Shown here piece after piece: positions 27,946-35,865 of a stretch of DNA of 35,865 nt (its first letter is position 1; each line of letters begins with the position of its first letter). Origin of the DNA: an uncultured Myxococcia bacterium (GTDB lineage: Bacteria > CAZTWC01). The notes under the pieces are model-generated. The model ran no database searches. It was not told the DNA's origin and saw only the letters and a program-made list of their open reading frames with translations. The position numbers and the translations under genes were made by a program. The stretch is taken from assembly GCA_964617105.1 (NCBI GenBank), contig CAZTWC010000007.1, positions 1 through 35,865 on the forward strand, given 5' to 3'.

Positions 27946-27977
27946 TTATAATTACGGTATCGATTTGAAACTCTGAT

Positions 27978-29093
27978 ATGCGAATTACTTTTTCAGAAAT
28001 TGACCTGGAAGCGTTCAAGTACAACGTTAGACTTATCAAGGAGAAGATATCTCCGGCTGTTTTGCTGGCAACGGTGAAAGCCAACGCTTACGGCCACGGG
28101 ATAACCGAGATAAGTAAGGCTGCGGTGGAGGCAGGAGCGGAATATCTGGGAGTGGGATTTTTGGAGGAGGGGATTTCGCTTAGAAAAAAGGGGATTAAAG
28201 CCCCGATTTTAGTGCTGGGAGGAGTGCTTTTTTCTCAGATCAGGAGGTTTTTGCGCTATAACCTGGAGATAACCGTTTCATCATTAGAGTTAGCCTATAG
28301 AGTTAATAATACCGCCGGGCGGCATGGATGCCCGGCCAAAATACACTTGAAGTTCGATACTGGTATGAACCGGATTGGCATCAACTATCTTAACGCTGCC
28401 CCGGTGCTGGAACGGTTGGTAAACTTGAAACACTTACAGGTAAAGGGACTATACTCCCACCTGGCCACCGCTGATTGCCCGGATAAAGGATTTGTTGATC
28501 AGCAGGTTGCCAGGTTTAAAGAAATAGTCAATTTGGCTAAGGAGATGGGGATCAATCCTGGTTATGCTCATATCGCCAACAGTGCGGCTGCCTGCGAGAT
28601 GCCTTCATCCTATTTCGATATGGTGAGGGGAGGGATGTTGCTGTACGGGGTTTATCCCAGTAAATATGTAAAAACTCTTTTGCCGGTCAAACCGGTTATG
28701 TCATTGAAATCCAGGGTAATTTTTCTGAAAAAGGTAAAGGCTGGCGAGGGGATCAGTTATGGGCACAATTATATAATCTGCGAGCCCACCACCATCGCCA
28801 CTGTGCCCATTGGATATGGTGATGGCTACAACCGTCTGCTGTCTAACCGGGGTGAGGTTTTAATCCGGGGGCGCCGTTTCCCCATTGTGGGAACTATCTG
28901 CATGGATCAACTGATGGTAGATGTGCGGGGGGAGCAGATAAAAATAGGAGACGAGGTGGTGCTTTATGGCCGTCAAGGTGATGAAGAGATAACCATCGAT
29001 CAGGTAGCTGAACAACTGAACACTATCCCCTATGAAATCACCTGCTGGGTGGCCAGCCGGGTGCCCAGGATCTTTCGCCGCAATTCCGGGTAG
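27978..29093 (+). CDS. alr: Alanine racemase
   Basis: VKANAYGHG (PLP Lys), HLKFDTGMNRIG, HIANSA, IGYGDG, CMDQ, TIPYEI. Confidence 0.97.
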   Translation: MRITFSEIDLEAFKYNVRLIKEKISPAVLLATVKANAYGHGITEISKAAVEAGAEYLGVGFLEEGISLRKKGIKAPILVLGGVLFSQIRRFLRYNLEITVSSLELAYRVNNTAGRHGCPAKIHLKFDTGMNRIGINYLNAAPVLERLVNLKHLQVKGLYSHLATADCPDKGFVDQQVARFKEIVNLAKEMGINPGYAHIANSAAACEMPSSYFDMVRGGMLLYGVYPSKYVKTLLPVKPVMSLKSRVIFLKKVKAGEGISYGHNYIICEPTTIATVPIGYGDGYNRLLSNRGEVLIRGRRFPIVGTICMDQLMVDVRGEQIKIGDEVVLYGRQGDEEITIDQVAEQLNTIPYEITCWVASRVPRIFRRNSG

Positions 29094-29135
29094 TAATCGT
29101 TTTGATAGAGGTCGTTTGGTGCGCGGTAGGTATGG

Positions 29136-30308
29136 TCAATGTTCTTTCATCAACTTCTTAATAATTTGAGCGGCCTTAGTAGCGGCTGGTTGACCGGAAT
29201 AGAGCATCTGGTTGATGGTGAAGAGTTTGTTGGCGGTTTTTTGGTAGAGTTTCCGGTCTTGGATAAATTTTTTCGCCAGAAAGAATATATTGGCAGCAGT
29301 AGCCTGGCCTTGGATCAGTTCCGGCACCACTCTTTCCCCTAAAATCAGGTTGGGCATAGCAATATGGGGGGTCTTTACTAAAAGGCAGGCCAGCCAGTAA
29401 CTGAGCGGAAACAGCCGGTAAACCACCACCATAGGGATTCCCGCCAGGGCAACTTCCAGGGTGGCGGTGCCAGAGGCAGCGATTACCAGATAAGAGGCTT
29501 GGATTACCTGCCGTGAGTCAACCTCTCCCTGCTCTATTATCTCTATTCCCAGGTTTTTATTTCCAGTCAGACTGTGATCAAATAGAGCCGGATTTACTCC
29601 CCGGGCTTTTAGCAGAGTAAAATTTGTCTCGCCTATTTCATTATTAATTAATTGGCAGGCATTGACCATGGGTGGCAAAAGCCGCTTGACTTCATTGTCG
29701 CGGCTACCGGGCAAAAGCAAAATTTTTTTAAGTGCTCCATTATCTTTAGTTTTTCTCTCCTGAAGGTGATCAAGGGCCAGAGGATGTCCCACCCATTCAA
29801 TTTTTTCCCTATTCACCCCTTTATTCAGGTAAAATTTTTTCTCAAAGGGAAAAAGGGTTATCACCTTTTGGCAGTATTTGCCCAGGGTCTTGGCCCGGTT
29901 GGGACGCCAGGCCCAGATTTGAGGAGATATGTAATATACTAGCCGGGAAAACAGGGCGGCGTATTTCAACAGTCGAAAATTGAAATCTGGAGCATCCACC
30001 AGAATAGTCAAGTGGGGTTTGGAGCAGCGCAGAAAGGTTTTAATTTTATCTAAAAGTTTAAAAATCGAAAATAGTTTACCCAACACTTCAAAAAAACCGG
30101 TAGCGGAAATATGACCGATATCGCCTATCTTACGGCATCCGCATTCTTCCAGGGCATTACCGCCCAGGGCGGAAAATTGAGCATTGGGGAGGATTTTCTT
30201 TATCTCACCCACCAGTTCCGCCGCCCGTTGGTCACCCGAGGTTTCACCGGTGACAATCAGTATATGGGGATTTTTGTTCAAAATATTATTATCCTGGTTT
30301 GCTGACAT
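29136..30308 (-). CDS. lpxB: Lipid-A-disaccharide synthase
   Basis: GETSGD, DAPDFN, YYISPQIWAWR, LFPFE, VGHPL, LLPGSR, ASGTATLE, PELIQ. Confidence 0.96.
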   Translation of the reverse strand: MSANQDNNILNKNPHILIVTGETSGDQRAAELVGEIKKILPNAQFSALGGNALEECGCRKIGDIGHISATGFFEVLGKLFSIFKLLDKIKTFLRCSKPHLTILVDAPDFNFRLLKYAALFSRLVYYISPQIWAWRPNRAKTLGKYCQKVITLFPFEKKFYLNKGVNREKIEWVGHPLALDHLQERKTKDNGALKKILLLPGSRDNEVKRLLPPMVNACQLINNEIGETNFTLLKARGVNPALFDHSLTGNKNLGIEIIEQGEVDSRQVIQASYLVIAASGTATLEVALAGIPMVVVYRLFPLSYWLACLLVKTPHIAMPNLILGERVVPELIQGQATAANIFFLAKKFIQDRKLYQKTANKLFTINQMLYSGQPAATKAAQIIKKLMKEH

Positions 30309-30314
30309 AAAATT

Positions 30315-31133
30315 CTATCTTACCTCCAAGCCATAATTATCCAAATTCAACTCCATCACTTCTGAATCTGTCTGGTCCTGCGCTTTTTTAAGGCCGGAAA
30401 TAATTTTAATTGCCTCCAGCGCAGTCCAGGATGCGGCCAGATTAATGGCGGCTGGTAAAAATAGATCTTGTTTAGCCGGAGGTTTTTTATCACCAGTTTT
30501 CTTTTTTGGTTGCTGACTGCGCTTTTGAGAGTCAACCATCATTTTCTGGTGATGTGGTTGGGTACAAAGGTGTATAGATATGTTCTTAGCAGTAAAGCGA
30601 GTCAAGATAACCGGTGTTTCCGAAGAGAGGGCCGGGAGAATATCCAGAGTAGACCAAAAATTAGGCAGATGGGGGAGATATTGATCAGGTCCTGCCAGGA
30701 TGATGATCAGGTCAATTGGTTCAGGTAACTTTTTGCCAGGACTGATATTGGCAATATCAATTGTGGTGGTATTGGGGTTTAGTTGCTCCAGATAGTTTTT
30801 TATCTGCTTCGAGGTAGTGGCCGCTTTAAGGGCTCCAGGAAATTGTCCGCCAGGTAAATTGTTTGATGCAATTTCAGGAGGTTTGACCCCAGAATGGCAG
30901 CAGTAGTTTATTTGGCCCAGGCCGGCGGCGGCCAGGTAGTATAATAGGGTTTCACCGCCAGGAGGATAATAGACTAAAAGGTGGGCGGATTTTAATTTGG
31001 CCTGGCCTTTATGGCCAAACTCCTGCACCGTGATTTGTCGACTGTAGCGCTCCTGTTCATTAGGGTCTAATTGGCAATGCTCTGATGGTATTTCGGATAA
31101 ATCCTTTTTAAAGGTGGCCATAATTTTCATCAT
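30315..31133 (-). CDS. Degenerate ThiF/MoeB-fold protein: keeps the RYSRQ Arg-finger helix, lacks the ATP-binding motifs
   Basis: EQERYSRQI...GHKGQAKLKSA, YLAAAGLG, LEQLNP, ALEAIKIISG. No GxGxxG, no D..SNLNRQ, no CxxC pairs. The start could be ATG 31121. Confidence 0.8.
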   Translation of the reverse strand: MMKIMATFKKDLSEIPSEHCQLDPNEQERYSRQITVQEFGHKGQAKLKSAHLLVYYPPGGETLLYYLAAAGLGQINYCCHSGVKPPEIASNNLPGGQFPGALKAATTSKQIKNYLEQLNPNTTTIDIANISPGKKLPEPIDLIIILAGPDQYLPHLPNFWSTLDILPALSSETPVILTRFTAKNISIHLCTQPHHQKMMVDSQKRSQQPKKKTGDKKPPAKQDLFLPAAINLAASWTALEAIKIISGLKKAQDQTDSEVMELNLDNYGLEVR

Positions 31134-31905
31134 CCAACTGAGTTATGTTTTTCTGATCTCCACATAGGGGACATAGGGGGTTTCTTTTTATAGGTATGGT
31201 TCTTATTTGATCCTCCAGCCCTTGAAAAATGAGTAGGCGATTGGAGAGCATAGATGCGTGCTCTACTCCAGACAGATATTTTATTGCCTCTATAACTTGC
31301 AAGGCGCCGAGTATACCGGGCATGGGGCCTAATACTCCAATCTCTGCCGGTTTTAACACCACTCCCTCCGGCGGGATTTCTGGAAAAATACAGCGATAAC
31401 AGGCGCTGATTCCCGGAATAATGGTGAGCATTTGTCCGGTGAAAGCCACCACCCCGCAATGGATCAATGGGGTATTGCTCAAGAAGGCGGCATCGTTCAG
31501 CAAAAATTTTATCTCCAGGCTGTCACAGCAATCTATCACCAGGTGGTATGGGGAAAATAGTTCTATGGCGTTTTGAGCATCGAGTTTGTGGGGATATATT
31601 TTCAGATCCAGGCCAGGATTGATGACTCCTATCTTTTCTGCTGCCGAGTCAACTTTAAGCCGGTCTATATCGCTGGTGTTGTGTAAAATTTGCCGGTTAA
31701 GATTGCTGATCTCCACCTGGTCGTAGTCAATTAATCCCAAATGCCCCAGCCCAGATTGGGCCAGGGCAATACAGACAGTAGAGCCCAAGCCGCCGGCGCC
31801 GACTACCAGAATTTTAGCTGCGGTCAGGGAAGTTGGAGTTTTATGATTCTGCATGAAGCCATGGTTCGAGGCCGGACACTGCCGGACACTGCCGGTTATT
31901 TCCAT
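31108..31905 (-). CDS. ThiF/MoeB/HesA family E1-like adenylyltransferase
   Basis: ILVVGAGGLG, IDYDQVEISNLNRQ, KVD, VIDCCD, CYRC and CPLC zinc sites. The start could be ATG 31854. Confidence 0.93.
   Translation of the reverse strand: MEITGSVRQCPASNHGFMQNHKTPTSLTAAKILVVGAGGLGSTVCIALAQSGLGHLGLIDYDQVEISNLNRQILHNTSDIDRLKVDSAAEKIGVINPGLDLKIYPHKLDAQNAIELFSPYHLVIDCCDSLEIKFLLNDAAFLSNTPLIHCGVVAFTGQMLTIIPGISACYRCIFPEIPPEGVVLKPAEIGVLGPMPGILGALQVIEAIKYLSGVEHASMLSNRLLIFQGLEDQIRTIPIKRNPLCPLCGDQKNITQLDDENYGHL
31871..31895. repeat. 10-bp tandem repeat (gccggacact x2.5)
   Basis: gccggacact gccggacact gccgg. Confidence 0.8.
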
Positions 31906-31936
31906 AATTTTGTTACAAAGTGAAGACAGTATTTAG

Positions 31937-31986
31937 TGCCCGTCCGAGAATCCACCTCGTCTCGAGAATTTGGATTTCGGGCGGCA
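31937..31986. repeat. Intergenic palindromic element, copy 2
   Basis: ccgtccgagaatcca...tggatttcgggcgg hairpin; homologous to 25331-25372. Confidence 0.6.
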
Positions 31987-31991
31987 ACTAT

Positions 31992-32576
31992 TTAAAATGG
32001 AAAAAACATACCTACTTTATTCTTGTATTCCCGGTAATCCTCAGGATGTTCCCTGGATATCAGATCCTCTTCCAGTTGGGCTTTGTGGAGTAGCACTGGC
32101 AGGTAGATAATAACCACAAAGGTAACGGCCAGGTAGGACATTAGAGCCAGGGCGATTCCGAGTTGTAAAAAGATATCTCCCACATATATAGGGTGGCGCA
32201 CCAGGGCAAAAGGCCCCTCCTGCACAACTTTTCCGTCTGATAAGAGTTCTGCACCAGGAGAGTAATATCGATCCAGGGTTTTCATGGCCCAGGCTTCCAG
32301 AAAAATACCGAATATCAAAATAGCCAGCCCCATGCCGCGAAGCAGGATTAGCAATTTATCGCTTGAGGTAAATATTCCTACATTAAAAAAGGCCAGGAAG
32401 GTAAAAAATATGGCTACCAGACCGAAAATTCTAGACCAGCGGCTAATCCAGGATATCTCTTTTTTAATACCAGGATTAGTTTTTTTTCTTAACTGGTAGT
32501 GAATAGACCATAGCCAGGTAAATCCACCTAGCCAAATCATAGCAATTAGCAATTTGTACAACTCTAAGGAATGCAT
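31992..32576 (-). CDS. Isoprenylcysteine carboxyl methyltransferase (Ste14/PEMT-like) membrane protein
   Basis: Hydrophobic helices, VVQEGPFALVRHPIYVG, EEDLI...YREYK..V.MFFP. Confidence 0.9.
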   Translation of the reverse strand: MHSLELYKLLIAMIWLGGFTWLWSIHYQLRKKTNPGIKKEISWISRWSRIFGLVAIFFTFLAFFNVGIFTSSDKLLILLRGMGLAILIFGIFLEAWAMKTLDRYYSPGAELLSDGKVVQEGPFALVRHPIYVGDIFLQLGIALALMSYLAVTFVVIIYLPVLLHKAQLEEDLISREHPEDYREYKNKVGMFFPF

Positions 32577-32595
32577 TAGTTTTCACCTCGTTTTT

Positions 32596-33858
32596 TTATT
32601 TCGGTTCGCAGGCCATAAATCCCTGGCCAGCCTCTTTGCACGCATAGCCAGTAGGGCAAAAGGGGCTGTTTTGAGCGCACAACCGGGTGCAAAAGGTTTT
32701 ATTGTTAACATCACTGGTAACACAGAGGGCTGAGCGGCAATTGGTATTATCCTGGCAGGATTCTCCAAAGCCGCCGCTTCCGCCGCGCAAACATAACTGG
32801 AGCAATTTGTTGTTATCATCTGTCGCCAGGGAGCATCCATATCCTTTTGGACAGCCGCCTATCCTATCGCAATAGGAGGAGCAAAAACTGGCGCCGCCAG
32901 TTTCCGGCAGGCAGATGCCACCTTTGCAGTCATCTGCAGTGGAGCAACTTATACCAAAGGTTTTTTTACCTTGGGAATCGGGTACGCAGACCGATCTCCC
33001 CTGCACCTGGCTACACTGGTGTTTGGTAGGGCAGTCCTGGCTGGTACGGCAGTCTCCAGTGCATAATCCATCCAGGCAAAGTCCGCTGTAGCAGCTGGAT
33101 GCATTATTGCCACAAGCCTGTTCCAGTTGGGTGCAGTACCTATCAGCGCCGCCGGCAGAATTTAAGGTGGAGCAACTGTATCCCCCAGGGCACTGGCTGC
33201 CGCTGTTACACTTTCTGGAGCAAAATCCAGCTGGAATTGCTTTTGATCCCAGACAAATTCCGGTCAGGCATTTTTCAGGCGTCTTTAGGCTGCATTCTTT
33301 TCCTGTGTCGTTGATTACGCAAATATTTTGGCCGCTGTCTCCAAGTGGCAGGCAAATATGATCAGTAGCGCAGTTCTGGTCCTGGCTGCATTGTTTTGAG
33401 CAGAACCGTTTTCCGCTAAAGTTGGTGTTGGCGATACAGAGTTTGCTTTGGCATTCATCGGCCATGCTGCAGGAATCGGTATATTTTTTAGTGCCCGATA
33501 GGGAGGTGGTTCTGCTGTCGCTACCAGTACCGCTATCAGTAGAACTATTTTGATTTTCTGAAGGCGAGCCGCCATCGGCAGTCTGGGAGCCAGAACCGTC
33601 GGTATTGTTGCCTCCTGAATTTGTGGTGCCGCCATCTCCATTTTCTCCGCTTCCCAGGCCATTATTTGGGGAGCCAACCTGGCAGGTATGCAGTTGGGGA
33701 TGGCAGTAATAACCAGGCAGACAGTCCCGGTGTGAAAGGCAGGCTCCAAGAGGGCTGTTCCCCGTTTGGTCATCGCCACAATGGAAAAAGGAAAATATGA
33801 TAAGAGGAAAAAGTATATAAATGGAAAAAAAAGGTTTGGTTAATTTTTGTTTAGTCAT
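32596..33858 (-). CDS. Cys-rich repeat lipoprotein (five 8-Cys repeats)
   Basis: MTKQKLTK, a hydrophobic stretch and FFHC lipobox-like site, a 4-Cys module, a G/S/T/N linker and five repeats. The ORF-track start at 33891 is an alternative. Confidence 0.8.
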   Translation of the reverse strand: MTKQKLTKPFFSIYILFPLIIFSFFHCGDDQTGNSPLGACLSHRDCLPGYYCHPQLHTCQVGSPNNGLGSGENGDGGTTNSGGNNTDGSGSQTADGGSPSENQNSSTDSGTGSDSRTTSLSGTKKYTDSCSMADECQSKLCIANTNFSGKRFCSKQCSQDQNCATDHICLPLGDSGQNICVINDTGKECSLKTPEKCLTGICLGSKAIPAGFCSRKCNSGSQCPGGYSCSTLNSAGGADRYCTQLEQACGNNASSCYSGLCLDGLCTGDCRTSQDCPTKHQCSQVQGRSVCVPDSQGKKTFGISCSTADDCKGGICLPETGGASFCSSYCDRIGGCPKGYGCSLATDDNNKLLQLCLRGGSGGFGESCQDNTNCRSALCVTSDVNNKTFCTRLCAQNSPFCPTGYACKEAGQGFMACEPK

Positions 33859-34037
33859 ATTTACGCAGGGAGATTCTCGGTAGATAACCATTAAATGCCA
33901 CTATGTAAGTGTAATTTATACCTCGAGTCTATCGTCGATTTTAAGGGCGAAAAGATTCCCGGGATTTCAATTCCAAAATGCTACCAGAAATTGAATTATA
34001 ATCAATGATTAATTTCTGCTCATACCTAATTTTTATC

Positions 34038-34066
34038 TTGAAATGCCTTAATTTTTATGTTAAGTT
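34038..34066 (+). promoter_or_regulatory. Putative promoter for the rimP-nusA operon
   Basis: TTGAAA-N17-TAAGTT with an extended TGn. Confidence 0.4.
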
Positions 34067-34292
34067 GACGCGCTCTGAATAGTAGTGGTGGTTATAGCAG
34101 TTGCTGCCCGCTTTTTTATTATCAGGGGCCATTCTGATATTAACACCGAGATTTTTCCCGCCTGCCTGGTTTTATAGTGTCCATTCTGATGGGTATTTTC
34201 TAACCCTTTCTACTCAACAGATGTTTAAGATTCTGGCGGGAAATGAGATTGACCATCTCCGGATGAGATTTACCGGACTGAACGTTTATCCC

Positions 34293-34334
34293 CTCTGGTT
34301 TTAGGGGCTTGCCCCTGGGTAGAGGAGTTTTTTT
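34293..34334 (+). promoter_or_regulatory. rimP leader-like attenuator hairpin
   Basis: agGGGC-tt-GCCCct stem followed by a T-run directly before rimP; GGGC...GCCC is the described core of the rimP leader. Confidence 0.6.
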
Positions 34335-34337
34335 ACT

Positions 34338-34814
34338 ATGAATAATGTCCAACAAAACACCAGAAAAAAAGTATTGGCTATTGTTGAACCAATTTTGGCA
34401 GAGATGGGTTTTGAAGCGGTGGATGTTGAAGTGACTTCTGAAAGGGGCAAATTCATTTTGCGTCTTTTGATTGAAAGAGAAGAGCGGGAGATTACCATCA
34501 ATGATTGTGTCGATGTTTCCCGTCGGCTCGAAGACCAGTTGGAGGTAGAGAGAGTAATGTCTGGGCCTTACTGCTTTGAGGTGGCATCACCTGGAGTTGA
34601 TCGCCCTCTTACCAGAAACAAAGACTTTTTTGCTAACCTGGGACAGGAGTTGAAAGTTTTGACCTGGGAACCAATTAACCAGGAGCGGCGGAAAAAAATT
34701 ATCGGTCGCTTAATTGGATTCGACCCAAAGGAAAAAGTGATAACCATGTTTTATGATCAAAAGCAGGTGCAAATTCACTTGGACCAGATTAAAAAGGCAA
34801 GAATTAAAATTTAA
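34338..34814 (+). CDS. rimP: Ribosome maturation factor RimP
   Basis: [30 protein letters not shown]; upstream of nusA. Confidence 0.95.
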   Translation: MNNVQQNTRKKVLAIVEPILAEMGFEAVDVEVTSERGKFILRLLIEREEREITINDCVDVSRRLEDQLEVERVMSGPYCFEVASPGVDRPLTRNKDFFANLGQELKVLTWEPINQERRKKIIGRLIGFDPKEKVITMFYDQKQVQIHLDQIKKARIKI

Positions 34815-34828
34815 CTTTAGGTAGAACC

Positions 34829-35865
34829 ATGAGTGGAGAACTAAAACAAGTAATAGAACAGATAAGTAAAGAAAAAGGGATGGATAGAGAGGTGTTGATA
34901 GAGGCGGTGGAAAACGCTATGCTGCAGGCGGCCAGAAAAAAGTTCGGATATCTTCGAGACTTGGAAGTGCAGTATAGCGATGAAATTGGAGAGGTAGAGA
35001 TTTTTGAATTTAAAAATGTGGTGGAGATGGTCCAAGACACTTTTCGGGAAATAAACCTGAATCATGCTGTGGAGATCGATCCTGAAGCTCAGGTAGGCGA
35101 TAGTTTTGGAATGAAATTGGAAACCAGGAATTTTGGCAGGATTGCCGCTCAAACTGCTAAACAGGTAATAATACAGAAAATCAGGGAGGCGGAGCGGAAC
35201 ATAGTTTATAATGAATATAAAGATAGGAAAGGCGAACTGATCACCGGGATGGTTAGAAGGTTTGAGCGCCGAGATATAATCGTAGACCTGGGACGGGCAG
35301 AGGCTATTTTGCGATATGAACAGCAGATACCCAGGGAATCCTATAAAATAAATGATCGTATAGAGGCTTATATTTTAGATATCCCTCAGGCTACAAAAGG
35401 GGCGCAAATATTTCTTTCCCGAACTTCACCCAATTTCCTGACCAGGTTATTTGAAGTGGAGGTTCCGGAAATTAGCGATGGTCTGGTTCAAATTATCCGT
35501 GCAGTAAGAGAACCGGGCAGTAGAGCCAAAATAGCGGTTTATTCAAAGGATATGGACATCGATCCTATTGGTGCCTGTGTTGGTATCAAAGGCTCCAGAG
35601 TGCAAAACGTGGTCCAGGAGTTACGGGGTGAAAAGATCGATATTGTTCCCTATGATGAAGATTCGGCTAGATTTGTATGTAACGCCTTACAGCCAGCGGA
35701 GGTAAAGCGAGTCTTAATAGACGAGGAGAGCCGCTCCATGGAAATTGTGGTACCCGATGATCAACTATCTTTAGCTATAGGCCGCCGAGGTCAGAATGTA
35801 AGGCTAGCCTCCCAATTGACCGAATGGCGATTGGACATTCATAGCGAAACCCGGATGAAAGAGGT
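34829..35865 (+). CDS. nusA: Transcription termination/antitermination factor NusA (3'-truncated by the window end)
   Basis: [78 protein letters not shown]. Missing from the ORF track because it has no stop in the window. Confidence 0.98.
   Translation, partial: MSGELKQVIEQISKEKGMDREVLIEAVENAMLQAARKKFGYLRDLEVQYSDEIGEVEIFEFKNVVEMVQDTFREINLNHAVEIDPEAQVGDSFGMKLETRNFGRIAAQTAKQVIIQKIREAERNIVYNEYKDRKGELITGMVRRFERRDIIVDLGRAEAILRYEQQIPRESYKINDRIEAYILDIPQATKGAQIFLSRTSPNFLTRLFEVEVPEISDGLVQIIRAVREPGSRAKIAVYSKDMDIDPIGACVGIKGSRVQNVVQELRGEKIDIVPYDEDSARFVCNALQPAEVKRVLIDEESRSMEIVVPDDQLSLAIGRRGQNVRLASQLTEWRLDIHSETRMKE

Noticed and set aside
34101-34304. 67-aa ORF upstream of rimP
   Set aside because: TTG start, no SD, no recognisable motif; more likely leader sequence.
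2249-35152. Many 60-190 aa ORFs antisense to or overlapping assigned genes
   Set aside because: Shadow ORFs of well-supported genes with no motifs.
1-35865. CRISPR arrays, tRNA/rRNA genes, transposases, prophage genes
   Set aside because: No regularly spaced repeats, cloverleaf or rRNA signatures, or mobile-element proteins were seen.

Overview
Scaffold window (~40-45% GC, one 10-N gap at 257-266) from a Gram-negative, LPS-producing bacterium. The gene content looks deltaproteobacterial-type (lpxB, lpxC, HdrA/Mvh, myxobacterial-style Cys-rich lipoprotein); that taxonomy is an inference. Contents in order: a beta-propeller-like gene broken by the gap and apparently fused to a foreign gmhB fragment; a GT2 gene with rmlACDB and a membrane sulfatase-like gene; dnaE; a P-loop protein; an OPA-family MFS transporter with a PDZ-like insert; rhomboid, gshB, grxC and lpxC; a tusA-hdrA-mvhD(frameshifted)-mvhG-mvhA-maturation protease cluster without hdrBC; a degenerate HD-GYP gene divergent from a glutamate dehydrogenase lacking its catalytic Lys; rplM-rpsI and alr; Cys-repeat lipoprotein, ICMT-like gene, two ThiF/E1-like genes and lpxB; then rimP and partial nusA. 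The best candidate for a novel system is the overlapping ThiF/E1 pair with complementary losses: one keeps the ATP site but has no Arg finger, the other keeps the RYSRQ Arg finger but has no ATP site. This resembles eukaryotic heterodimeric E1s. Other highlights are the TusA-led HdrA/Mvh module, two divergent pseudoenzymes, an ATT start for rmlA and a two-copy intergenic palindrome. No rRNA, tRNA, CRISPR array or transposase was seen.
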